From: an uncultured Pseudomonadota bacterium
Lineage (GTDB): Bacteria; Pseudomonadota; Alphaproteobacteria; Acetobacterales; Acetobacteraceae
Direction of reading: 5' to 3'
Length of the DNA: 64,000 nucleotides
Assembly: GCA_963745975.1 (NCBI GenBank)
Contig: CAVUZJ010000018.1
Coordinates: 119,715 to 183,714, forward strand
Shown here: piece by piece, positions 27,687-37,393 of the stretch
How the letters are laid out: the number at the start of each line of letters is the position of its first letter
Position numbering within the stretch: position 1 is the stretch's first letter
The notes under the pieces: generated by a model
Databases searched by the model: none
What the model saw: the letters and a program-made list of their open reading frames with translations, nothing else
What the model was told of the DNA's origin: nothing
Made by a program: the position numbers and the translations under genes

Positions 27687-28873
27687 AGCCCGCCGGCGAA
27701 CCGATCGACGGCGTAGACCACGCGGTTCTCGTCCACGTACACGTCGTTGATCTGCACGGAAGGGACGCGCGAGCCGGCGGGCGGCTCCGGGACGTAATGG
27801 GCGATCTCGCGCGGCTGGAACGGGTTCGTGATGTCGTGCACGCGAAGCCCGCCGTTGAAATAGGTGCCGAACACCGTGCGGTCCGAGCGGAAGGCGGGCC
27901 CCGGCCGGTTCTCGTGCAGATTGTGCGCGCCGTAGCGGCCGCCGCGATGGATGTGCTCCTCGGGCGGCGGCAACGGCAGGGTGGCGATCGGCACGAGGTT
28001 GCTCTCGAGCCGCGCATCGAGGACCCAGGCGAGCTTCGGCCAGTCCTTGCCGTCGTCCTGCACGCACTCGTCCGACACGATGAAGAGCTCGCGCGAGAAG
28101 AGCGGCAGCACCGTGTGCGTGAAGCCGGGGAAAGGAGGATGGGGATTCCAGTGCCCGACCATGCGCGGCGCGCCGATATCGGAGATATCGAGCACGACGG
28201 CGCCGCCGTCGAGATAGCCGACATAGGCGCGGTCCGGCCGCTCGGGGTAAACGTTGGTGTTGTGCGCGCGAAAGCCCGAGTTTAAGCGGGGATGGCGCGG
28301 CGGCGGGGGTGCCGCGTCTGCCTCGGCGGTTCCGGGATACCACCAGCGACCGAGCTCGCGCGGCCGCGCCGGGTCGGCGACGTCGAGCGCGCGATAGCAT
28401 TGGTCGTCGCGCTGGTTGCGCGGGATGAAGTCGGCGGCGCCGCCGGCAAAATGGATCGTCTTGCCGTCGACGAACCAGAGCTGGTGCACGCCGCGCGAAT
28501 GCGGTCCCGAGCAATCGAAATAGGAGATGCGCTTCGGGCTTTCGGGAGTGGCGATGTCGAAGAGCTCGATTCCGGCGGGCGTCTGGCCGGGCGTTGCGGT
28601 CTGATAGGCGACCGCCATCACGTCGCCCACGACCTCGAGGGAGTTGGAGCGCACGGTCCGGTGCGGCAGGTCGGTCTGCACGGCCACCTTCGGCTTGCGC
28701 GGGTCGGTGACGTCGACGCCGGTGAAGTTCTTCGGGGCCGATTCGTGCGCGAGCCAGAGGATGCGCCGCCCGTCGCGCGCGAGCTGGAGGCTCATGCCTT
28801 CGCCGATGCCGCCGAAGCCGGCGAGCCGGTCCTCGGCCAGGAGCCGCATGTTGAGCGCTTCCGCTTGCGCCAT
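27656..28873 (-). CDS. LVIVD-repeat (COG5276-like) beta-propeller protein
   Basis: Repeated motifs GVDVTDPRKPK, GIELFDIATPESPK, ALDVADPARPR, GGAVVLDISDIGAPR, GGLRVHDITNPFQPR. ATG 28873 has GGGAGGA 9 nt upstream. Confidence 0.7.
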   Translation of the reverse strand: MAQAEALNMRLLAEDRLAGFGGIGEGMSLQLARDGRRILWLAHESAPKNFTGVDVTDPRKPKVAVQTDLPHRTVRSNSLEVVGDVMAVAYQTATPGQTPAGIELFDIATPESPKRISYFDCSGPHSRGVHQLWFVDGKTIHFAGGAADFIPRNQRDDQCYRALDVADPARPRELGRWWYPGTAEADAAPPPPRHPRLNSGFRAHNTNVYPERPDRAYVGYLDGGAVVLDISDIGAPRMVGHWNPHPPFPGFTHTVLPLFSRELFIVSDECVQDDGKDWPKLAWVLDARLESNLVPIATLPLPPPEEHIHRGGRYGAHNLHENRPGPAFRSDRTVFGTYFNGGLRVHDITNPFQPREIAHYVPEPPAGSRVPSVQINDVYVDENRVVYAVDRFAGGLYVLEMTIDI

Positions 28874-28917
28874 CGGGGCATTCCTCCCACTCTGAGCGTG
28901 ATCGCGCGGGAGGATGG

Positions 28918-30030
28918 ATGGACCAGCCCACACGGCGACAATCGATTCCCGTCACCATCGTGACCGGGTTCCTCGGCAGCGGCAAGACGACCCTCCTCAA
29001 CCGGCTGCTCAAGCAGAAGACGCTCGCCGACACGGCCGTCATCGTCAACGAGTTCGGCGAGGTGGGGATCGACCATCTTTTGGTCGAGCAGGCGATCGAG
29101 AATGCGGTGCTGCTCAAGAACGGCTGCATCTGCTGCACGGTGCGCGGCGATATCGCCGACACGCTCATCGAGCTTCGGGAGCGGCAAGAGAGGGGCGAGA
29201 TCCCGGATTTCAGCCGCATAGCGATCGAGACCACCGGGCTCGCCGATCCGGGGCCGGTCGCGCATACGCTGGCCGAGGGCGGGGCCGAGACCGCGTGCCG
29301 GCTCGACGGCATCGTGGCGACCCTCGATGCGCTGGCCGGCGCGGGGAGCCTCGCGGCGCACGAGGAAGCGCGCCGGCAGGTCGCGATGGCCGACCGCGTC
29401 CTGCTCACCAAGACCGACCTCGCCTCGGCAGCCGAGCGGAGCGCCACGGAGCGCGCCTTACGCGCGGTGAACGCAAGCGTGCCGATGCGGGTTGCCGTCC
29501 ATGGCGATGCGCCGGCCGCGGAGGTCTTTGGGGTCGGGCCGGGAAGCGGCGTTGCGGCCTGGCTCGGCGCGCCGCATGCGCATGATCATTCCGCGCATGC
29601 GCATGGGCCGGAGGTCGCCGCCATCCTGATCACCCATGCGGCGCCGCTCGCCTGGCCGGCGCTGAAGCTCTGGCTCGATTCGGTGCTGTCGACGCGCGGG
29701 GCGGAGATTCTCCGCCTCAAAGGAATCGTTCGGCTCGCGGGGCAGGAGCGGCCGCTGGTGCTGCACGGCGTGCACCACGTGCTTCACCCGCCGGCGTGGC
29801 TGCCGGCGGCGGCGCCGGCGCCCGAGGAAACTTCGATCGTCGTGATCGCGCGCGGGCTCGACGCGGCGGGTTTGCGCGAGAGCTTCGCCGCGGCACTCGC
29901 CTACCGCCGCAGCACAAGAGTGGCCGAGGCGAGCATCAGCCCCATGCCGAGCACCTCGCCCGCATCGATCCCCTCGCCGAAGAGCAGCACTGCGAGCACC
30001 ACGCCGACGACGGGCGAGACGAAGGCATAG
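28918..30030 (+). CDS. COG0523 (CobW/YjiA/ZigA family) G3E GTPase
   Basis: VTIVTGFLGSGKTTLLNRLL (P-loop), VIVNEFGEVGID, NGCICCTVRGD (CxCC), IETTGLADP. The C-terminal ~42 aa are low-complexity and antisense to the EamA 3' end. Confidence 0.88.
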   Translation: MDQPTRRQSIPVTIVTGFLGSGKTTLLNRLLKQKTLADTAVIVNEFGEVGIDHLLVEQAIENAVLLKNGCICCTVRGDIADTLIELRERQERGEIPDFSRIAIETTGLADPGPVAHTLAEGGAETACRLDGIVATLDALAGAGSLAAHEEARRQVAMADRVLLTKTDLASAAERSATERALRAVNASVPMRVAVHGDAPAAEVFGVGPGSGVAAWLGAPHAHDHSAHAHGPEVAAILITHAAPLAWPALKLWLDSVLSTRGAEILRLKGIVRLAGQERPLVLHGVHHVLHPPAWLPAAAPAPEETSIVVIARGLDAAGLRESFAAALAYRRSTRVAEASISPMPSTSPASIPSPKSSTASTTPTTGETKA

Positions 30031-30863
30031 CTGCCGGTGCGGCCCGCGCCCCAGTCACGCACGAGGAGGAAGTAGATGAGCGTCGCCCCGAGCGAGCCCG
30101 GCAGCAGCAGATAGAGCCAGGCGGCGAAGGCGGGCCAGCCCCAATGGCCGGCAAGCGCCGCCGCGGACCCGGGCTCGAACGCAAGCGAGGCCCCGAGAAG
30201 GAAGAAGCCGCCAATGCAGTTGCTCATTGCCGCCACCTCGCCGGGCGCCAGCGTCCGCATCAGCGGCCGCGCCAAGACCGAGCCCAGCGAATAGGAGAGG
30301 CAGCCGACGATCACGCCCGCCGCCCCCAAAAGCTCGGGCCAGCCGAGCCGGCCCTCCAGCGCCTTCTGGCCGAAGAGCATCACCGTGCCGGCCGCGCCGA
30401 GCGCAAGCGCCACCGATTGGCGGACGCTGAACCGTTCCTGTCCGGCCATGACGCTGAACCCGATCAGCGAGACCGGCGTGAGCGCCGAGCTGATCACCGT
30501 GGCGAGTCCGGCCGGCACGTACCGCAGTCCGTAGAGCTGGGTCACCTGGTTGAGCGCGATCATCAGCACGGAGACCAGGAGGAGCCGCGGCCAGAGCCGC
30601 CCCGGCAGCCTGATCCGCTGCCCGTTTGCCCAGCGCCATCCGAGCAGGGCCAATCCCGCCACCGCCCAGCGCGTGCCGGCGAACAAGCCCGGCGGCACGG
30701 TCGCGACGCCGACCTTCATGGCGAGCCACGTCGTGCCCCAGACGAAGCAGAGAAATGCGAACATCGCCCGCTGCCGGGCGAACGCCGCATCCGAGGCTGC
30801 CTCGCCGCCGGCCGTACCGAGACCGGCCGGGGTGAACCCTGCCGGTGCCTTGCGCAAAAACAT
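29901..30863 (-). CDS. EamA/DMT family transporter
   Basis: Ten TM-like segments and two EamA-type halves (FVWGTTWLAMK..., ...FGEGIDAGEVLGMGLMLASATLV). The start may be Met34 at 30764. Confidence 0.85.
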   Translation of the reverse strand: MFLRKAPAGFTPAGLGTAGGEAASDAAFARQRAMFAFLCFVWGTTWLAMKVGVATVPPGLFAGTRWAVAGLALLGWRWANGQRIRLPGRLWPRLLLVSVLMIALNQVTQLYGLRYVPAGLATVISSALTPVSLIGFSVMAGQERFSVRQSVALALGAAGTVMLFGQKALEGRLGWPELLGAAGVIVGCLSYSLGSVLARPLMRTLAPGEVAAMSNCIGGFFLLGASLAFEPGSAAALAGHWGWPAFAAWLYLLLPGSLGATLIYFLLVRDWGAGRTGSYAFVSPVVGVVLAVLLFGEGIDAGEVLGMGLMLASATLVLRR

Positions 30864-30966
30864 TGGGAAGAGGCTCGGGGGAAAGCTTGGACCAAACGCT
30901 CCGGGACGGGCGGTCGTTAACCAAGGCTAACAGCCCCCAATGCGGTGGAGAGAACGCAAGAATTCA

Positions 30967-30989
30967 GCCCTGCAATGCAATTGCAGGGC
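30967..30989. promoter_or_regulatory. Perfect 10-bp-arm palindrome GCCCTGCAAT-gca-ATTGCAGGGC in a divergent intergenic region
   Basis: Seen directly. It lies between the divergent starts of the EamA gene (30863) and the desaturase gene (31165). Candidate operator; function inferred only. Confidence 0.3.
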
Positions 30990-31164
30990 GAATTGTGGCC
31001 CTCGGCGATCGTTTCGGCGGGGCCCGATTCGGCGCCGGCGCGCGCTCCTGCTATAGCTGCGCCCTGTGCAGGTGCGCCATGTGCTGAACCCGCGTCCAGC
31101 CAGCGGCGCGCCGGCGCGGCGTAGCTAGCCGCGCGCCAGGGCGCGACGTGACAGGATCCGCATC

Positions 31165-32331
31165 ATGAAAAGAGCCAGCCCCGACCGCGCGGACCAGATC
31201 GACTATCCGGCCTCGGCCGCGTTCTTCGCCATCCATCTCGCCTGCTTCGCCGCCCTCTTCACGGGGGTGACGCTGCGGGCGGCCGTGCTCGCGATCGCGC
31301 TCTATTTCCTCCGCATCTTCGCGATCGGCGCCGGTTACCACCGTTATTTCGCTCACCGCGCCTTCCGCACCAGCCGCGCTTTCCAGTTCATCCTGGGCTT
31401 CCTCGCCCAGACATCGGCGCAGCGCGGCGTGCTCTGGTGGGCGGCCCATCACCGCCGCCACCACAAGCACTCCGACACCGAGCTCGACGTTCATTCGCCG
31501 ATCCTGCGCAGCGTCTTCTATGCGCATGTCGGCTGGATCCTGGTCCCGCGCAACGAGGCGACCGACCTTGAGACCGTCCGTGACCTCGCGCGGTACAAGG
31601 AGCTGCGCTGGCTCGACCGGCATGCCTATCTCCCCGCCGCCACGCTCGCCTTCGCGACCTGGCTGATCGCCGGGCTGCCCGGCCTCGCGGTCGGCTTCTG
31701 CTGGAGCACGGTCGCGGTGTGGCACGCGACCTTCAGCATCAACTCGCTCGGCCATCTGCTCGGCCGCCGGCGCTACGTCACCGGCGATCACTCCCGCAAC
31801 AACTGGCTCCTGGCCCTGATCACGATGGGCGAGGGCTGGCACAACAACCACCACGCCTACCAGGCCTCCGTCCGGCAGGGCTTCCGCTGGTGGGAGTACG
31901 ACTTCACTTTCTATCTGCTGCGGCTGCTCTCCTGCCTGGGCCTGGTGTGGGACCTGCACGCGCCGCCGAAGGCCGTGGTGAACCGCGAGCAGCGCCTCGG
32001 CCGCACCGTCATCGATCGCGCGGCGCGCCAGCTGGCCCTCTCGTTCCCCATCAACGCCATAGCCGGCCAGGCGCTCGATGCGCTTTCCCGCGCGCCGGGC
32101 TGGGCGGAGATGAAGTCCCGTGCGCTTTCCGCGCGCCTGCAGGCGGAGGCCTTCTGGAGCGAGTTCGACCTGCCGCAGATTCCCTCCCTGGAAGAGATGC
32201 GTGCCTACGCGCGCGCGCGCCTCGCGCAGACGCCCTCGCTCGACGAGATCGCCGTACGCGCCCGCGAGCGCCTGCTCGAGCTCGTCTATTCACGCCTGGT
32301 CGAGGCCGCCTGGAGAGAGGGACACACATGA
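31165..32331 (+). CDS. Acyl-CoA (delta-9-type) fatty acid desaturase
   Basis: Three His boxes: HRYFAHRAF, HHRRHHKHSD, HNNHHAY. N-terminal TM pairs. Confidence 0.9.
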   Translation: MKRASPDRADQIDYPASAAFFAIHLACFAALFTGVTLRAAVLAIALYFLRIFAIGAGYHRYFAHRAFRTSRAFQFILGFLAQTSAQRGVLWWAAHHRRHHKHSDTELDVHSPILRSVFYAHVGWILVPRNEATDLETVRDLARYKELRWLDRHAYLPAATLAFATWLIAGLPGLAVGFCWSTVAVWHATFSINSLGHLLGRRRYVTGDHSRNNWLLALITMGEGWHNNHHAYQASVRQGFRWWEYDFTFYLLRLLSCLGLVWDLHAPPKAVVNREQRLGRTVIDRAARQLALSFPINAIAGQALDALSRAPGWAEMKSRALSARLQAEAFWSEFDLPQIPSLEEMRAYARARLAQTPSLDEIAVRARERLLELVYSRLVEAAWREGHT

Positions 32332-33143
32332 GCGAGGATTGGCGGCGTACGCACGAGTGGGGCGCTCTGACGCGGGCGGAGATCGCGAGGGCGCGGGATG
32401 AAGGCGCTCTGCCGGTGCTCAGCGTGGGTTCGGTCGAGCAGCACGGAGACCATTTGCCGGTGGACACGGACAGCGTCTCCGCCTTCCGCGTGGCGCTCGC
32501 CGCGGCCGCCGCTTGCCCCGATCCGCACGTGTTGGTGCTGCCGCCGCCGAACTTCGGATTCTCGCCGCACCATCGCGCATTCGCCGGCACCATTACGCTC
32601 TCGCTCGAGACCTTCGTCGGCATCGTCACGGATGTCGCCGAAAGCCTCCACCGCACCGGCTTTCGCCGCCTGCTCGTGGTCAACGGCCACGGCGGCAACC
32701 AGGGCCCGCTGACAGCGGCCTGCACCGCGCTCGTCAGCCGAGGGATCGGCGTAGGCTTCGTCAATTACTTCTCGCCGGGCGAGAAGGAATGGCTCGAGAA
32801 GCTTCCCGGAGAGCAGCGCGGCGTCGGCCATGCCTGCGCGTTCGAAACGGCGTTGCAGCTGGCGCTGCGCGAGCCCGGCGAGGCAGAGCGCATCGCCGGG
32901 CGCGTTCGCGGCCTGCCGCCCCGGCTCACGCCCTCCTATCTCGCGGGCCAGGCGCCGGATCCGCTGAAGCCGGCGCGGGCGAGCTGGGCCGCGATCTTTC
33001 CCGCCGGCGATGTCGGCTATATCGGCGATCCGGCGGCAGCGACCGCGGAGGCGGGCGCGGCGTTGCTGGAAGCGACCGTGGCGGCGCTGGCGCGCTTCTA
33101 TGCCGATTTCGCCGCCGCACCGCTGCGCGTCGGCGCGGCCTGA
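32328..33143 (+). CDS. Creatininase family amidohydrolase
   Basis: ATGA overlap with the desaturase stop. LSVGSVEQHGDHLPVDTD, LVVNGHGGN, GHACAFETA. Confidence 0.85.
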   Translation: MSEDWRRTHEWGALTRAEIARARDEGALPVLSVGSVEQHGDHLPVDTDSVSAFRVALAAAAACPDPHVLVLPPPNFGFSPHHRAFAGTITLSLETFVGIVTDVAESLHRTGFRRLLVVNGHGGNQGPLTAACTALVSRGIGVGFVNYFSPGEKEWLEKLPGEQRGVGHACAFETALQLALREPGEAERIAGRVRGLPPRLTPSYLAGQAPDPLKPARASWAAIFPAGDVGYIGDPAAATAEAGAALLEATVAALARFYADFAAAPLRVGAA

Positions 33144-33371
33144 GAGATCGCGGCGCGTTCGCTCGAATTCCGATCCGGCGAGGCGAAACAAAAGAGACCG
33201 CGCGCGGCCGCGCCGTGCTCGGCCGCGCCTGGGCCTGCCCTTTCAGACCGAGCGGTTGCCCGATGCGCGGAGCCGTATAGACTGCTAAGGATGGTTGCAT
33301 CGGGCACCAGCGGGCAACGAACGAGCGAGCCAGGCGCGCGCTCCCGAAGTAGGCTCCCGGGCTGACGGGCC

Positions 33372-34344
33372 ATGGGCGATTCGGCGCACCCCATCCCCGG
33401 CCCACTCCCGCAGTTCGCGGTGCGATTGTCCTGCCCCGACCTCGCGCGGTGGCTCGACGGCAATACCGGCGTGCGCGGCTTCATCCGCCGCGATTCCGGA
33501 AAGCCGGGACCGCATGTCGGTCTGTTCGCCCTCACGCACGGCAACGAGATCGCCGGTGCGATCGCGCTCGTCCGCCTGCTCGAAGCGGATCTCCGGCCGG
33601 AACGCGGGCGGATCACTTTCGGCTTCGTCAATCTTATCGCGTTCGTCCGATTCGATCCGCGTCAGCCTACGGCATCGCGCTTCGTGGACGAGGACATGAA
33701 CCGGCTCTGGGATCCGGCGGTGCTGGACGGGCCGCGGGAGTCGGGCGAGCTTGTGCGCGCGAGAGATCCGGCCCCTACTCGACGAGATCGACATCTTGCT
33801 CGACCTCCATTCGATGCTCTGGCCATCGGAGCCGCTGATCCTGTGCGGCTCAGCCGCGAAAGGACGCGATCTCGCGCGCGGCATCGGGCAACCGCCGCTC
33901 ATCGTTGCCGATCACGGGCACGCCAGCGGGCGGCGCATCATCGACTACACGCCGTTCGTGGATCCCGGCGATCCACGCGCGGCGAACCTGGTCGAGGCGG
34001 GTCAGCACTGGGAGCCGGAGACGGTCGATACGATGCTCGCGGCGATCGCAGGGGTGCTGCGCCACGCCGGCCTGATCGGCGAGCATCCTTGCTTGCCGGC
34101 GGGCGCGGAGGCCGCTCCCGAGCCGCGGTTCGCCGAGGTCATCCGCACGATCACGGCGAGCAGCGGCAATTTCAGCTTCGTTCAGCCGTTCCGCGGTGGC
34201 GCGATCGTGCCCAAATCCAACACGTTGATCGCGCTCGATGGGGACGAGGAAATCCGCACGCCCTGCGCCAACTGCCTCCTGGTCATGCCGAGCCTGCGCC
34301 CGAGCCGGGGGCACACCACCGTGAGGCTGGCACGGATTATTTGA
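33372..34344 (+). pseudogene. Succinylglutamate desuccinylase/aspartoacylase (AstE/AspA, M14-like) family gene with a +1 frame break near 33753-33765
   Basis: The N-terminal half is in frame 0 (…LFALTHGNEIAGAIAL…RESGELVRAR). The C-terminal half is in frame +1 (…AREIRPLLDEIDILLDLHSMLWPSEP…), stopping at 34344. The two halves carry the H-x-x-E and LDLHS zinc-ligand motifs respectively. Confidence 0.75.
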
Positions 34345-34470
34345 AAGACCAAGGGGGCTCTGCCCCCTTGCGGGTCCCCAACGCGCAAGCGCGTTGGGAG
34401 CCCCTCAACCCCCGCCAAGGGATCCGCCTTTGCCAGGGGGTCCGGGGGGACAGCGTCCCCCTGGTCTTCA
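34342..34470. repeat. Compound GC-rich palindromic element filling the gap between two convergent stop codons
   Basis: Outer imperfect inverted repeats TGAAAGACCAAGGGGG (34342-34357) and CCCCCTGGTCTTCA (34457-34470) include both stop codons. Inner hairpins: AAGGGGGC-tct-GCCCCCTT (34351-34369), CCCAACGCGC-aa-GCGCGTTGGG (34377-34398), CCAGGGGG...CCCCCTGG (34433-34464). Confidence 0.6.
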
Positions 34471-35286
34471 GGCGAGGCGGGCGGCAAGCCTGCCGCGGCG
34501 GTACTGCATCAGCCGCCACGCCAGCTTCGCCGACAGATCTGAAAGCCGGCCCCGCGGCTTCAGGCCAACGGCCTTGAAGATCATGCCCATACCGCGCTCG
34601 ACATGGCGGAAGCGGTAATAGCCGATCGCCTGGGCAAAATAGGCGGCGATGCAGCGATCGTGCCGGTAGGCACTCGATTCCGGCTCGTTCCCGCAATGAA
34701 ACGCGAAAGCCAGCTCATCGTCCTCGCTCTCGGTGATGCGGCCGGCGGCGATCTTGAGCCGCCTCAGCATGCCGATCCGCTCGCGGCCGAGATAGCGGCG
34801 CATGTGGTCGTAGAATAGCTTGAAATGACGGAACTCGTCGGCGGCGATGAGGCGGCAGATGATCTTGAGCACCGGCTCCTCGGTCGCCTCGCCGAGCGCC
34901 GTGTAGTAGGAGGAGGTTCCGGTCTCGACCATGCAGCGCGCGATCAGCTCGCCGGTTCGCGAGCCGCGGACCGAGCTTTCCGCCTCCAGCGGCAGGCTGT
35001 AGCCCGCGCGATAGCGAGCGAAGGATGCCCTGTAGTCCCACGCGGGATCGGCGAGCATGGCCCAGCGGCCGAGCGCATCGCCGTGCTGCACCTCCTCGAT
35101 GGCCCAATAGTCCGCGGCCTGGCGGAAGTCGGGGTCGTCGGCAAAGACGTTGTTGAGATAGCGCGCGTAGTCGGTGCCGTTGCGCTCGACCATCGCCGCC
35201 GCTTTGACGAGCGGGACGATCGCCGGATCGATCTTCGCGGCATCGAACCGCTCCCAGGGTACCTCGTCGATGTTCCAATGCTTCAT
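34468..35286 (-). CDS. Ferritin-like (di-iron carboxylate) domain protein
   Basis: Start MKHWNIDEVPWERFD at 35286. EEVQHGDAL and ADEFRHFKLF resemble paired ExxH di-iron motifs. Confidence 0.7.
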   Translation of the reverse strand: MKHWNIDEVPWERFDAAKIDPAIVPLVKAAAMVERNGTDYARYLNNVFADDPDFRQAADYWAIEEVQHGDALGRWAMLADPAWDYRASFARYRAGYSLPLEAESSVRGSRTGELIARCMVETGTSSYYTALGEATEEPVLKIICRLIAADEFRHFKLFYDHMRRYLGRERIGMLRRLKIAAGRITESEDDELAFAFHCGNEPESSAYRHDRCIAAYFAQAIGYYRFRHVERGMGMIFKAVGLKPRGRLSDLSAKLAWRLMQYRRGRLAARLA

Positions 35287-35527
35287 GGCGTGCGCCGGTT
35301 CCGTTATCTCTTCTTCGTGGCCTGCCCGTTCTCCTCGCTCGCCCTCGACTGCGGCGAGCCATGGCGCCGGGAGATCGGCATGCGCCGGAGGCCGATGCCT
35401 CCGCCTCGGCGAATCGTCGCAGACTGCCACCTGTTCGGGCCGGCAGGAAGGATCTTCCACGGAATCCAATAGCTTGCAAGCCGCACGGCGGCCATGCCCG
35501 CGACGCCGGCTTGTCTCGCGGGTCGGC

Positions 35528-35935
35528 TCAGGGCGCCTCGGCGGCGGCGATCATTGCGCGGGCGATCCTGAGGGCGGCGAGGGCCGCGTCCCGGGCGGCG
35601 ACGTCCATCTTGTCCACCGCCTCCCAGGCCGCCTCGGCGGCGGCGAGCCGGCGCTCGCCCTCCGCCTTCGAAAGCTCGGCGGGGGGATGCACCTCGTCCG
35701 CAAGCACCGTGCAGCGCTCCGGCGTGATCTCGGCGAAGCCGCCGGCGACGAAGAGCTTCGTCGTCACCTGGCCGCCCTCGTAGAGGCTCGCGAAGCCGCC
35801 GCGCAGCGTCACGATCATCGGCGCATGGCCGGGAAGCACGCCGATATCGCCCTCCTCGGCGGGAACCACCACCATGTCGACGGGCCGTGAGAGCAGGAGC
35901 TTCTCCGGGCTCACGATCTCGAGTGCGACCGGCAT
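35528..35935 (-). CDS. atpC: F1 ATP synthase subunit epsilon
   Basis: LEIVSPEKLLLSRPVDMVVVPAEEGDIGVLPGHAP. It is the last gene of atpHAGDC. Confidence 0.95.
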   Translation of the reverse strand: MPVALEIVSPEKLLLSRPVDMVVVPAEEGDIGVLPGHAPMIVTLRGGFASLYEGGQVTTKLFVAGGFAEITPERCTVLADEVHPPAELSKAEGERRLAAAEAAWEAVDKMDVAARDAALAALRIARAMIAAAEAP

Positions 35936-35938
35936 GGC

Positions 35939-37393
<1,455 letters not shown>

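Noticed and set aside
28874-28917. Possible Zur/Fur box in the 44-bp gap between the LVIVD and COG0523 gene starts
   Set aside because: The spacer (GGCATTCCTCCCACTCTGAGCGTGATCGCGCGGGAGGATGG) lacks an AT-rich palindrome. It mostly consists of the two ribosome-binding sites.
26967-29447. 826-aa minus-strand ORF
   Set aside because: Only a different frame in 27656..28873 encodes the LVIVD-repeat protein. This ORF is Arg/Pro-rich and antisense to the hypothetical and COG0523 genes.
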